From NCBI GenBank assembly GCA_028534125.1, contig CM052851.1, forward strand, positions 17,422,001 to 17,486,000: a DNA stretch of 64,000 nt, written 5' to 3'. This stretch comes from Lama glama. Its lineage: Eukaryota. Below, piece by piece: positions 37,220 through 50,309 of this stretch. Every line of letters starts with the position of its first letter. Positions within the stretch are counted from its first letter, which is position 1. The position numbers were made by a program, and so were the translations under genes. Below the pieces are notes generated by a model. It was not told where the DNA came from. It was given only the letters and a program-made list of their open reading frames with translations, and ran no database searches.

Positions 37220-37690
37220 CCTTGATCATTAGCGTCACAACTTGGCCGCTTTCTCCTCTTCTGAGGTTATTTCCTGCTCTCCTCCTGCTCAGGCTCCAAT
37301 CACACTGATCTTACAGCTTCTTTCCCATCTCAGGAGGTTTGCGTGCACTTTTAGATCTCTTCACAGCATTCTTTCATGCTTCCCTTCTGCCTGGTTGACC
37401 CTTACTCAACTCTTAGCTTTCCATGTGGTGTTATTTCCTCGAGGAAGCTTTTCCTGTCTCCCCCACCTCCCTGACTCGATTTCCTGTCCTGTGTAGATAT
37501 GCTTGTCCCACAGCAGCCCAAGCTCTTCCTATACAGCTCCTACCACAGTTACTCATTTAATTCACTGTTTAATGTTTCTCTTCTTCATTGACTGTGATAT
37601 CCAGGAGGGAAGAATTGTGTTACTAACAGCACCTACCATTGCCAAAGATGTAGTAGGTGCTCAGTAAATAATTGTTCAGTGGATGAATGG
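37220..37690 (+). mobile_element. L2 3' region
   Basis: Ends in tagtaggtgctcagtaaataattgttcagtggatgaatg. Confidence 0.8.
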
Positions 37691-38109
37691 TATCTATGCC
37701 TGAAGTTAATTAATGCCACAATTGTGACTGGAGCATAGTTCCTTAGATCTCAAAAGTCATATTCATGGTGCATTGCAGGACACTGTTGCATGCCTGTTAC
37801 TTGGCAATGATTTCCTACCTGTGGGAACAAAAAAAAATGGTTTGCAGTTGTTGCAAAAAATGATTTTAAATGAAGAAGAGACCAAGTGAATGTGAAGAAA
37901 GAGGCAGAAGAGAAGGAGATCTAAATGTTCGGAAAGTAAAGGGATGTGAAACTATTGTTAGGGGTAAACCAGATAGTTAATGAAGAAGAAATGAGAAAAT
38001 TACTAAAAGCAACCACAGTCCAATTGGCAATTAAATGTGAGAGCAAGTGTCGTGCTTCACATCCAGGCAGAAGTCTTATAAACCAGTACTTACAACCCTC
38101 CCTACTGCT

Positions 38110-38295
38110 GCATTGATCCAGGGATCACTGAGGTTCCATCAGCCTGGATTCTTGAGCACTGGTGACCAGCAGAGCACCCCTGCTGACCCACAGTAGACAT
38201 GCAGTGTGCATGCCAAATAACATTTTATTTGGTTAAGCCACTGATATTTGGGGATTGTTTGTTCCCACAAAATAATCTGGACTCTTGGGAATGAC
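38110..38295 (+). mobile_element. MaLR LTR fragment, MLT1J-type 3' half
   Basis: tccatcagcctggattcttgag, agagcacccctgctgacccac, ttaagccactgatatttggggattgtttgtt. Confidence 0.75.
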
Positions 38296-38341
38296 AAAAG
38301 AGAAGATGTATGATATAATTAAATTTTTTTTAACACTTTAC

Positions 38342-38471
38342 TTTTTTTTTTGGTAGGGGTAATTAGGTTTATTTATTCATTTAAATTATATTTATTTATT
38401 TATTTATTTAAATGAAGGTACTGGGGATTGAACCCAGGATAAGCTCCTGCCACTGAGCTATACCCTCCCCC
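38342..38471 (-). mobile_element. tRNA-derived camelid SINE (Vic-1-like)
   Basis: Minus strand reads ggggagggtaTAGCTCAGTGGcaggagcttatcctgGGTTCAATCCccagtacc-(AAAT)n-aaacctaattacccc-polyA; Pol III A and B boxes are present. Confidence 0.85.
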
Positions 38472-38479
38472 TGAAATGG

Positions 38480-39060
38480 GTTTTTTGAAAGGCAACTTAA
38501 GCTGTAGTGAGAAAATGAGATGGAATAAGAAAAGCCAGACACCTGCAGATGAGTTTGAGGTTGTTGTAATTTAAGTGAGAGAAGTTGCAGGAATCGTACA
38601 TATTTTACAAATATCAGGTAGAAGAATGGTGGCTAGGAGCAGGACCTCGGGTATCCATAGTGGGAATAGAAAAAAATGGGCAGTTCGTAGTATATATTGG
38701 GCAGTAGAACCAAGGGAATTTAGTGACTGATAAGGTATAAGAATGTGAAAGAAGTAGAAAACATTAATGAGATTCTCAAATTCTGGCTTGTTTAACTACA
38801 TGAACTCAGCAGGATACAGAATACTGACGAGAGAATATAGTCTACAGGACTGTGAGAGATAATCAGTTCAGGTTTAGATACGTTGGGTTTGAGATGCCTG
38901 CCCCAAATCCAGGTCTAAGTATAGGTAGACAGTTGTTTAGAACTGGAGCTCAGGAGTGGGAGATCTAAACCCAATATATATAGATCTGTGAAGCGTTGCG
39001 ATTGAGATAATAATTCTAGCTATTGTTGTAGATGAGATCACCCTGGGAGTGTGTATTTTA
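38480..39060 (-). mobile_element. L2 relic
   Basis: cagttcaggtttagatacgttgggtttgagatgcctg; tagatgagatcaccctgggag. Confidence 0.8.
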
Positions 39061-39929
39061 TGACAGAATGCGGGTGGGCATATCAGAGAATAGCCTTGTT
39101 TGGTTGGTTAAAAAAGTGCATTATGACTGAAAACTACATAATCTTGAAAAGCAAAGTCGATAAAAAATTACCCAACGTAGATTTGATTCCGGATAACCAC
39201 TCTGAATTGAAGAGTCCAAAATAATACCTACACTTTGATTTACTATTCTTCTTACACCAATAACTAGACCAGTTATACAAGAAATTATATATTCAGTCTC
39301 CAGGGCTAAAAAAAAAAAACCTTAATGATCTGCTACTTTTAACCTCTGTGATTTCTACATGAGAATGTATTTGCATTTTTATTTTAGCCTGTCATTTGAA
39401 TCAGTAGCTAGGAAATAAAGTCTAGAATTTTAGCTGGAGATAAATTGTTATTCCCATTTAATTATTTTGAAGAGACCTTAAGTGATAAGCTTATCTAGAT
39501 TGCATAACTCATACACAAATTACTTGATAAGCTTGGTCCAAAATAAGCTCAATTATGATGTTGCTATTATGCTAAGTTTATTTGCCTGCTCTTTCAGAAT
39601 CATTTTGTGTGTATGTGCCTACCATAAGGACAGCAAAATAGTCAATTTGATTTTGTCATCTGTTGTGTAATAAATTATTTTGATGTGATGCCCAGGTATC
39701 ATATAGTTTAAAAATGAAAGTTCAGTTATCATAACACATAATTTATATTCATTTGGGCATGCAAACGTTTATGATAACAGAGAAAGATTTACCTGAAAAA
39801 TACGAATTTTAAAATTTGGACATTTTCTGAGAATAGACTTCCCTTATATTATTTGTTTATATCAGTTTGGCTTATTTCATGAGACTATGGAAAAGTCCTC
39901 TGGCGTAGTTACCAAATAAAAATAAGCAT

Positions 39930-40220
39930 TCAACATGAGGCCACGCACTGAAGTTGGAGAGAGACACTAATTCTGTCTTGAGAACGCAGGAGGTTGACTG
40001 CTACAGAGTGATTTTCAACTTGGGTTTCGAAGGATGAGTGTGAGCTACCTAGACTAACAAGGTAACGCAATCAGGTAGAAATTTCAGGTCAAAGGCAGCA
40101 TGTGCCGCAGATCTAGAATAGAATGTGGTTGATCCGTTTCAGGGCCTGCAAAGTGCCATCCCATAAAGCTGGCGGGTAGAGCAAATGCAGAAGAGCAGTA
40201 ATTGGTGAGGTGGCATGTGA
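39930..40220 (-). mobile_element. L2 relic
   Basis: cttgggtttcgaaggatgagt...atttcaggtcaaaggcagcatgtgc. Confidence 0.55.
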
Positions 40221-40559
40221 ATGTTCACCAAATTTCAGGTTAGCTTTCACTTAAATTTAAATTGATCCCTTCGCATCAGAGACAGGATCGTGGAATTGGT
40301 GGTTTTGAAACCCATAGCCTCTACATTTCAAATTAATCATGGTCTCTAGTCTAGAAAGAGCTGTGAGTCAATCTTATATAGTCGTCACACAGTAAACGGG
40401 AAGCTTCTTTATCATTCCCCATTAGTTTGCATTTTCAACATTTCTCATAGAAGGAGCTGATCTTCCCAACTGCCCCATTAGCTCATTTAAAATCAATTTA
40501 AAATGGTGCCTGGGAAACTGGGTTCCGCTCTGGAGGAGAACCACATATATTTCACGTAT

Positions 40560-40760
40560 GTCAGAGGGTAGAGTGCTTTCTTACAAAACCCACTGGAACT
40601 GCATCCCTAATGTCTGGCTTCTGCCACTAACCAGCTGGGGGAACCTGGGTTTCTGGACCTAAGCCAGCATCTCAGCCTCAGTCTCTTCATTTCTCAAATG
40701 GAGAAGTTGAAAGAAACCATCACTAGGGCCCCTTCAGCTTCTGTATTGTGCAATTGTATG
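40560..40760 (+). mobile_element. MIR3-like SINE
   Basis: ctgccactaaccagctg...gcctcagtctcttcatttctcaaatgg...ggccccttcagcttct. Confidence 0.7.
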
Positions 40761-42979
40761 ATTTTACTTTCCTGAAGATTCTTGATTCTCTTGGACTATG
40801 ATGCACAAGGATAGAAATGATCCCTCCACTGAATCCATCACTTTTCAGTCTGCATCTTGTGTGAGGTTCAAGGAATGCAATATTGAGGGAAAACAAAATA
40901 AAACAAAAAGAAAGTGGAATTAGATTTCATAGGCAGGAAGCTTATATCCTGATTGAAGGAGAGAGATTTTAATGAGATGAACACAGAAATAATCTGTGGG
41001 TGGAAAGCAAATGGGATAGAGCTAGGAAAGAATTAAAAAAAAAAAAGCACCTGCAGGGACTGCGTGAGCACACAACAGAAAGAATCTGACATGTGGACAC
41101 AGGGACAAGGGATGGATGAGCTGGGCACTGAGCCTTGTTAGGGAGAGATTCTCTGGAGAAGTGACCTTTGGAAGAAGGAGATGATCTTGAGCCTTTTCAG
41201 AATGGCTTTGTGGTTGTGGTCAGTCCTGGGGAATCAGCAACTTCCTCAGAAGCATATGGCCTTGTGGTATACAAAGGTCAGGAAAGCAAACTACAGAGCC
41301 ATATTTTATGAGTTTGCTAGAGTTGTAGGCACAATTCAAGATATGGGAGAGATTTTATTTCAGATCATGAAATTTGATTTGATGGCATTCAGACTTTTAT
41401 GATTAAGAACATGAATGCAAAATTGCTTTTTTTATAGCTTGGCACATCGTGGATTCCTCCAAATTATGTTTCCAGATAGCAGGTAAGGCTGTGCATCAGG
41501 TCCCCCCTCCCTTATTAACACCAGGCTAATCTGAGTCATCGCACAATAATTACACTTGTTCACGTCTTGTCTCAGTTGATGCTCTTTCAGCGTCTGCCTT
41601 CTGCCTGTGTGGCAGGTCTGGACGAGTTTTAGGCAGTAACTGCAGCTTGTTGTACCTGAGGAGAGTCAGAATTGGGCATAATGGGATGCCCGGTACCTGG
41701 GCCTGGTGGTCATTCACTGCTTTGCGTAGTGACATAAATGACAACAGAAATGCTGCACATAGGTGGCCTTTCAGCCTACCTGTGATAATCAAGACTGGAA
41801 TCCTCTAGACTAGGTCACCTGCTAATGGTAATTAAGTAAAGCCAGCAGCTTAAGACTTAATGAAGAATATTTTCTTGCAGTTGCATTTAGAACATTCTGT
41901 GGTGTGGAGTTTGACTGACTTACAGGTTATGCAAATTAAAATATCTAGTATATAAATGGATATGGAAATTAAGTTGAAAAGCTGAGACTTGCTGTCAGTT
42001 AAGGAGTCAGTCATGTACATGGTATTTGAAGCTATGAGGATGGTTCCGATCACCCAGGTAAAGTGTATTCTTCATCATATTCATTTCAGAAATGAGCCCA
42101 CTTTTGGGTAGGTGTATATATTTTTCATGGGACAGAATTACCTCATATTAAATTAAGAGAAAAATGTCTTCTATCTGACCATTTATGAATTAACTAAAAA
42201 AAGTTCTCAAATGTAATTATTGACCTATTTTCCATTAAATACCTAACCATGATTTTCCTATATTCACTTTAAGATGGAATTGAAAGGAGAGCAGTTAAGT
42301 ATGTAGTATTTTCTTACTTTTGTCACATAAAAAGTATAAAACATACTACTTTTCAGTTGTTGTCTGGGTCGTGTGAAGGCAATAGTCTTGTCCTATTTAT
42401 TGCCGTCACTTCAGTGCTTTTAGTGTTGAATATAATTTAAGTGTAAAAAAATCATGCCAAAGGATTTTTTTCACCATGACATATAATGGACCAAATTGAA
42501 TCATGCAAATAAAATATTATACAGCCAAATATTCTAACTAGAGAGTCTTCCTCAAATTCTCTTACAATGAAAGCCCTTAGTATTTGTTTATATTCTGTGT
42601 TTATCGGCAGGGTATGTCATAGATTTACCACGTGGAGCAAATATGTGATTGGATGACTGAATTCTAGCACGAGCCCCTGGTATTTTAGGGTACCAGTGGG
42701 CTCCTATGGATTGGTATGCAGTTACATGTGGATGAACTAAATTAACTAGTCCTGGGATAAAACTCTTTGAAGAAAAGATAGACTCACTTAACAGTTATCT
42801 AGGCTGTGTTTTAACTTGAGAATTTTCTTTTTAATTGCTTGCCCTCAACTCTGGAAAGACCTTAAAGAATTAAGGGAAAATAGCATAAGGGATACGTTGA
42901 AAAATTGTATATTCTCTTTTCATCTGGAGATTCTTATAAGAATATTTATACGCAGGGCTTGGAAAACTTTTGAGGGAGG

Positions 42980-43185
42980 TTTAAGAACTCCAAGACAATC
43001 TAGGTTTGAGTTTTAGCTTTGATTCGTACATTCTGTGTAACTCTGAGCAAGTTAGCTAATATCTCAGAGTTCATTTTCTTGTTTGTAAAACAGACATAAC
43101 GTAACTATTTCAAGAAGTCCTCGTGGGGTATGATCACGTATGTGAAGCACTGACATAGAGCGTTGTGTGGAGCAGGTACTCTGTC
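42980..43185 (+). mobile_element. MIR SINE
   Basis: ctgtgtaactctgagcaagttagctaatatctcagagttcattttcttgtttgtaaaa. Confidence 0.75.
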
Positions 43186-43689
43186 TCATTTCTGCTCCAG
43201 CAGTGGTCTGGGATTTGTAGTGATGAAAGAAATGATTTAACTTGTATGATAGCCATTGGCTTTTTGGTCTAAACTGAGATTTCCCCGTTTAGACACCTGC
43301 TAGAGGGCATTTCTGCCAATGGTTTCTCTATGAACTACCCCACGGAACAGTAACCGATTGAAAATAAATCTTTGTGATTTTCTTAGACATTTCAATTCTG
43401 AAACTACACAACTGAGATGTGTAATTGAACATTCCCTCAGTCTTCTAAGCACTTTAGATTTGGATTCATGTATTTCTGGGTCAAATGGCAGCCAATGGCG
43501 AGGGCGTATCCTCCTTCATCCTACATTAGTCGTTTGATTGATGATGGTCCCCAAAGTCAAAGTTATGATGAACTTGATGTTGGAGACTGGAAATAATTCT
43601 TAGATGGCAGCTTTCCTCTTGCAACAAACTGAGCATGTCCACTGCATACATTCAGCCATAAGCACTAAAAGATGTAGAAAAACAGCTTC

Positions 43690-43910
43690 ACTTAATGGTG
43701 GAGAGCCTAGATTTGGGAACCAGGCATCTGGGTTGATTCTGGACTTCACTGTTTATCAGATGTAAGCTGTTAGCCAAGTTACTTAAACTCTCTGTGCTTT
43801 TAACATCTGTTTTTTTTTTTAAAGATAGAATTGTGTAGAGTAAATTAGTAAAACTATGTGGAGACCTTACAGCAGTACCTGGCATATAGGTAATAAATAG
43901 ATGCTAGTGA
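43690..43910 (+). mobile_element. MIR SINE
   Basis: caagttacttaaactctctgtgct; gcagtacctggcatatag. Confidence 0.8.
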
Positions 43911-44857
43911 TATAAGCATGTTTTCCATAGTCTGCCAAGAAATCACAGAATCATAATGGGCTGATGTCTGTCCATTGGGGCCACTGTCTTAGCCACTGAA
44001 CCACCTGATTTGCATTTTTAATAGATAATGCGTTTCTAGTGTGTACAGTCATAGTTGAGAAATAATCTCCTGTTGATTAGCCAGTCAAATTACTTGAGTC
44101 ACCTCTCCAGATCCCATTCAGTACATAATTAGTGTTTATTTCAATTTTGCTATTCATTATGCAAATTCATTGCAGGCGTGCTTCACCACTGAGGAGTATG
44201 TGGCTCACGATTTTTTTATTGGGGGTCATTGAGATGAAAGATGGGCAGGTAGAGGGGAGCTTCTGCTTAGTTTAATTTGGTGACACTATTCTGTATTTTG
44301 GGCAAAGCATCAGTACCACCACATTAGTTTTATTATTACTGTTAATTAGATGTGATTGTCAGAAAAGTGTTTCCAGTTGTGGAGTTGATTAAGTGATGAT
44401 GCCTTTCCCCGCAGATTGATTTTTTGGGCCAGACTGGCCAAAGTATGGAGTCAACACACCCCGGGGAGGAGTGGTATGAATTAAGCGGTAGAGTAAATGT
44501 TTTCCATTTCCTGCTACATTATTTGATAATGAGATGTGCAGCTCTGCTGGAGCTGGAGGCAGCCTGTGTTTCTCTCTGGAAAGGAGTGAGATGTTCAGAT
44601 GCATCAGCGCAGCCACTGTCCAAAAGGGAAAGCACCGTGAGCAGCTACCACCTGCTCAGAGGAATCAGCAGAAAAGTCAACCTTCTGTGTTGGGTTGCAG
44701 TGCTGGGAAAGGGTTTTGCTCTTGACCCCAGCATGTCAATGACTTTGTGCACTTGGCTATTTGAAAGACCTAGTAAAGTGTTGGGAGACATAAAGTGACC
44801 TTGCTATGGATGTGTTTTAGTTACATATTTTCTTCCAGAGGAAAAAAAATGTGTATC

Positions 44858-44882
44858 ATCTATCTATCTATCTATCTATCTA
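44858..44882 (+). repeat. (ATCT)n tetranucleotide repeat
   Basis: atctatctatctatctatctatcta, read directly. Confidence 0.9.
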
Positions 44883-44929
44883 CTGAAGCAAAATGTACCT
44901 CACTGGATTTCTTGCATCTATTACATAGT

Positions 44930-45160
44930 GATAAAAGCCATGGCATTGTAGTAAAATATACCAGCCTCTGAATCCAGGGTTTTGTTACAATAAGCAACTG
45001 ATAAACTTGGGGCATGACACTTAACCATGCTATGCTTCAGTTTCCCTTGGGGTTGGGGTATGGGTAATACTGGGCTTCATGTAGCATTGTTAGGGATGAA
45101 TTGCAACCGTGTCTGTTAGACACCTAGCATGAGGGAAGCGCCATGCACATGCTTGTTTGC
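44930..45160 (+). mobile_element. MIR SINE
   Basis: cttggggcatgacacttaaccatgctatgcttcagtttccc. Confidence 0.65.
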
Positions 45161-45189
45161 CTTCATTTCTCTAACATAGTGTGGACCAT

Positions 45190-45500
45190 ATTCAATCAAC
45201 TCAACTTAACAGACATTTATTGCCTCCCAGAACTGTGGCAGGTTCTAGGAAAACAGTACCGGATAAGACAGACACGACCCCAGTCCTGTTTGACTCACAA
45301 ATTATTACAAAGGCACAAAGACAAAAGGGAAATATGCTGGGTGAGGATATAGCAAGGGAACTGAGAGCTCAGTGGTCAGGGATAGCCTCCTTGAAGGATT
45401 TTTCAATCTGGGATGTGAAGCCTGAGTAGGGGAATCAGCCAAGAGAAGGAAGGGTAGGGCTCAGAAAAGAGAGTGTTTCTAGTTTCTAGCAGAAGGCACA
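45190..45500 (-). mobile_element. L2 3' end
   Basis: aacagacatttattgcctcccagaactgtggcaggttctagg. Confidence 0.65.
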
Positions 45501-45809
45501 CATTATGGGCACCTTTGAGTAAGTGAATTTATTGAAAATAAAAATCTAATTATTTTATGGAAGCATACTCACCCACCAAAAACAATCCCATGTGCATTGT
45601 GTTGGACACTAAAGCATGAAGTTTGAAGGCATGATTACAGGTGAGTCTGCAGCCAGGGAATGTAAGTAGCAATATTTGCATGGTTCATAAACTAAATCTG
45701 TTCACCACACACTTGCTCACACTCAGGAACAGTGATAGAATCTACTCTAGGGACTGAGGGAAATACAGTTAAACGTGTGTGACTTCACCATCAGGCTTTG
45801 AGAACCAAA

Positions 45810-46320
45810 TAGATTCACTGCATGCCTTCTGTGTTCCAGGTTATGTGCTAAACATTTTACATCTCATTTCGCTCCATGAGGTAAAGGCTGTTATTTTGCT
45901 GATTTGGGGATAAATAAATGAGCCATTAAAGTCCATTTTATCATCAGTTGTCCAAGGTGACAAAGCTAGAACACAGCAAGAGAGACTTTGGGAACTTCAT
46001 CGTTAGCCATTAAGCTATACCAAACCACCAGACACCCATTCTCCTACAAGTTTGAGCCAAACTGAGCTGGACTAAATATGGCAGGAAGAGAAGGAAGAGC
46101 ATTTGGTTTCCATGGAAATTCCGAGTGACCCGTGGGGAGGAGCCTGGGCCCTGGAGCGAGGAATTTAGAAGCTGTGTGGCATGGTACAAGTTACTGAAAC
46201 TCTCTGAGCCTCAGGTTCTTCTGAAGTGGCAATATTAATAATTTTTACCCTCATCTGTAGGTTATGAGAATAAAATACGATATTGTGTGTAACAAGCTGG
46301 GGGCATTACTTGGCACAGAG
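45810..46320. mobile_element. Two MIR SINEs (about 45810-46010 minus; about 46130-46320 plus)
   Basis: ttgtccaaggtgacaaagctag (minus); caagttactgaaactctctgagcctcagg (plus). Confidence 0.7.
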
Positions 46321-46425
46321 GAAATGTCACTTTCCATATCTACACAACCACCGGAGTTCTCTGAGACAAGACCGTGAGCTCCTCCACGGAGCAGCATCCC
46401 TGAATCAGTACTAAAATTATGGGAA

Positions 46426-46902
46426 TGGTCGAGGGGGTTGGAGCGGGTGGAAACTTTTCCTTCATCCCTTCCTGGTTTTGTGGCTGGCCTAATAATTAAA
46501 TTGACGTAAGGCAGATTGACAAAAGAAAAAAAATTATTTCAGATACACAGAAGCTCCTAGAAGTATGAGACTCAAAGAGTGACCAAAGCCGGCAGTTCTT
46601 CTACCTTGTAGATAAATAAACCATAGATTTCTGAGGAATTGACAAGACAAAGAAGTTTGGGCTTGGAGGAGTCAATTAGTAAAGAAGGTTTGTCTATACA
46701 GCCTTCTCAGACCTGACTTCCCTCTCTCTTCCTGGTGCAGAGAGAGCACCTTTTCACATCGGAGATTGATTTTTTTCTTTTCAAAGGGACAGAGGAGGGT
46801 CAGAGTGGCCTTCTGGTACCAAAGGCTTCTTAAGTAAATTTTTTTAAATTAATCAATATGCCAAAGTGGCATATTTGGGGCAACCTGCCCTGAACCCTAT
46901 CA
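46426..46902 (-). mobile_element. ERV1 solo LTR, MER34-like
   Basis: The minus strand starts tgatagggttcagggcaggttgccccaaatatgccactttggcatattgatta, a typical MER34-group 5' end. TG...CA; no PBS or PPT next to it. Left boundary uncertain. Confidence 0.75.
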
Positions 46903-48709
46903 GAGTTCAGTAAATAATATCCCTCTTTTGTGCCTAAGGTCTGGACTAATTGAGAAGTAAGTCAAAAGTAAGAGAAGATACTAAGGCATAGGGAACAACG
47001 AAATTACGTCTTTCTTGGTCGTAAAGACAAAAAGGACATCTTGGTGGTGTGTCTCCTAACAGATCTTAGTCTGAAAGTGAAAAAGGCAGTACCAGCTGAA
47101 GCCCGTGTTGGACAGACTTGCTGTCCAGCCACAGACGGTGCTGGACGGCGAGGACCTGCAGCGCGGAGGGGAGGCAGCGGGCGCCTTCTCCCTGGGCCCC
47201 CGCGTTGGAAGGGAAAGGACCACATATTTTATTCCTCCTTACTCTAACGATAGTATGTCTCCTACCTCACAAGAGGCAGAGTGAACAAAGTGGGTGAAGT
47301 GAAGCTGAGGATATTGCCTTGGCTTTCTGTTCAGTGGCACCAGGAGTGGGGCTTCAGTGTCCCCTTGGTGAGACCACCACTGGTGAGACCCATGAAGCCT
47401 CCTACGCTGAGACTTGAACGACCGAGCAGATTCCTCACCAGCAGGTCAGGGCTCTGGTGTGGAAACAGGAGTGTTGGGACTTCACACCCCTTTTCCTGCC
47501 CCTTGTCCTGGCATCCGGCTGACCCCCTAACGAGGGACATCTGTGGCGGTGGCACTCAGAGTCTCAGTTCCGGGAAGAACACAAGTCAGCCCCGGGAGAA
47601 GACCCTCGCCTCAAGCCCAGTTATCCTGAGTGCCTTCCTGCTGAGACTTTCGGTCCCAGGCTGGCCCACCAGCTGTGTGTTTGGTTCTTGATCTGCCCTG
47701 TGGTCCTTGTCACCCTGTCCCTCTGACCTCAGATTCAAGTCCCTTACATGGTAGCTAGAGGCATAGGCATTCTACACTGGGTGTCCCCCTTCCCTACAGG
47801 AACGTTTTCCTAACTAAAGGGGGAGCTGTGAGCTGATGGGCTGCCCCATGCTGGGGACAGGGAGTGGGCAGATCCCACACAAACCACACAGGAGGCGTCA
47901 GGTACATGCAGTGTCTGATCAAAGCTCTGGCTGACGGTGACACGAGGGTCAGCAGTCAGTAGAAGTGGGTGTGGGGACAAAGGACTGATCCTAGCCTGGT
48001 GTCCTCCCACACTTAACAGGGTGAAAGGTGGGGTTTGATGTTAATTAGGTCTCTGACACTCAGGCAGCCCTATTGGGTTGAAAAAGTAGGCCAACGTTAT
48101 TACTCTAAATTAGCAATTCCCTCTGCAAAGCGGAAAGACACTGGTTATTTTCTCTTACATGCGCATAAGATGTACCGTATTCCACTCAACACAGCTAGCA
48201 ATGCAATGCAAAAGCAGGTTGTGACAGAGCATTTCAAAAAAGTTAAACTCCCACCGTCAGCATTTTTCATAGGGTACCTCAATGTTCATGGCCGTGATTT
48301 TAACTAAAAGGTATCTTACACCTGTTGGTTTCAGTGAGCTGCCTGTAGAAATGTTGTGTAGGCAGAAGTATTTAATATAACTGTACATTCAAGAGTAGAT
48401 AAGGATCTTATTATGCATCTGGATTTAACAGTATGCCATTCAGAGAATCTTAGGTAACATATGGGTGAGGATGAGCAGTATAACATTTTTCAAAGTTCTG
48501 CTAGTACCCTGTTCTGCAAGTTGTAACAATGCCTCGGAAAACAAACAAAAAGGAGCAGGAGGCAGTCCCTGATTACATCAGTTCAGCTAATTTCTCCGCT
48601 GTATGATTTCTCACAGTCTTTCTTATGTTAACGTTTCAGCATTAAGTTTAATACAACATTATGAAACATGTGGTATGGTTTTGCTCCACAGGACTGCTGC
48701 TTCATTTAG

Positions 48710-49225
48710 GTGACCTATAGCCCATACATATGTTTAAAACTAAAGTCATCATTTCTTCCCACTCCTTGCAAGCCCGTTCGAGGATGCTTTTATTCCCTGC
48801 ATCTTAATTAATGGAAGTAGCAAGTAGGTGTTTGGTAAGGATAACACCTGAGTCACCTTCATCTCAGCTTTCTGCCTTCTCTCTCCAGTCCATTAGTTTG
48901 GCCACCATATTGTATTGATTCTTCTTCAAAAAGGAAACTGAACTTTGTTTTTTTTTTTTTATTACTGTGCCCTTTCCTTTCGTTCATGCCCTTAATATCT
49001 CTCTTCTCTGCTAGAACTTCCTTCTCCGTGTTCCCGTAACAATTTATACAAGCTTCTATTATAGCTCTTAAAAAATTTCAGGATAGGCATTGAATGTCCG
49101 TATTCCCAGCAAGACAGTGAATTCTGAGAGGGAAAAATACCATGTATGTTTATTATTTTTTATTCTTACCATAGAGCCAGCCACCCGCGCCACACTCAGT
49201 AAGTTCAGTTAAACTGATGAATAAA
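48710..49225 (+). mobile_element. L2 relic
   Basis: acctgagtcaccttcatctc...; ends cactcagtaagttcagttaaactgatgaat. Confidence 0.65.
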
Positions 49226-49519
49226 GACCGGCATCCCATTCACATCTTTTCAAGCCTTTTAACACCAACTGGAGAAAAATGAGTGAATCCTCATTAGGAT
49301 GTGTGGCCGCAGTTCATCGGATCAGCAACTCACAGGGAGAACAGAAATTTGTAGTTCAAATTTTTAGCATTTTAATTCAAATGCTAAAAATGTTGAATAA
49401 ATGGATAAAAATCTATATTGGGAAAATGTATACAAAAATCTTTGCTGTATTTTGTATTTTAGTTCATATTTTGATGAATGCTATTATAAACGTCTTACCA
49501 CAGAAGTACAGAGAGTGAA

Positions 49520-49760
49520 ATTTGAAAGTTCTGGTCATACCTTAATGAAAAGAGACAATTTGAGAAAATAGAGACACAGGATGATTCTATTTATATAAAA
49601 CAAAAGTGTGCACACTCACAGAGACATGCATGGAAAGGAAAAGGACTAGGAAAGTCCATGAAACGTGGTTCCATCCAGGTAGAGGAAGGGAATGGAGAGG
49701 GTAAGGGAGGCAGTGAACAGAGACTTCAGAGTCAAACTTCTCTTCTCTCTAGATTTTTCT
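49520..49760 (+). mobile_element. Old L1ME-type 3' UTR fragment
   Basis: caggatgattctatttatataaaac...gaaaaggactaggaaag. Confidence 0.55.
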
Positions 49761-50309
49761 CTGACCTTTATCACCCTGAAACAACAGCTTTGTTCTCTTT
49801 TTCAACTACCTGATTTGCTTATCAGCCTTGTCTGTTATGCCATCCAGCCCAGTTCTATGGAAGCCTGCTCTTCTGTGGATATGATCAGTTTCTTCAGGAT
49901 CTGAGAGCATAACTTTAGCTCTTTCCCAATTGTCGGTTTGCTCTCTGAGGTCTGTGGTCTTGCAGATCTTATTTCTCCTGTGCATTGAATTTGATCATTT
50001 TCCTGGTGTTGTTTTTCAAAGGTCTGGGCATTCCACATTACCTCCTCATCTTTAGACTGGAAAGCAACTGCTCTCTGATGCCGCGATGACCTGATTTGCC
50101 TTTGACAGTGCGTGATGGCCTGAATGAGGGAGGGGAGAAGGAAGGAGAGCATTGGTTCTGCACGTGGAGCTCCCTTTTTATTCATTTTTCCTTCTCCTCC
50201 CACACCCGCTGCTTTATCCAGGGGCAAAGATGTCAGCTGCCCTTTCTTTGTATACATTTCGGAAAGACCTCAAAATTCCTAAGGAACCGTCCTGGTTTCT
50301 AAATGATGA

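Noticed and set aside
38415-38471. tRNA gene
   Set aside because: A and B boxes are present but there is no cloverleaf or anticodon arm, and a SINE body and poly(A) follow.
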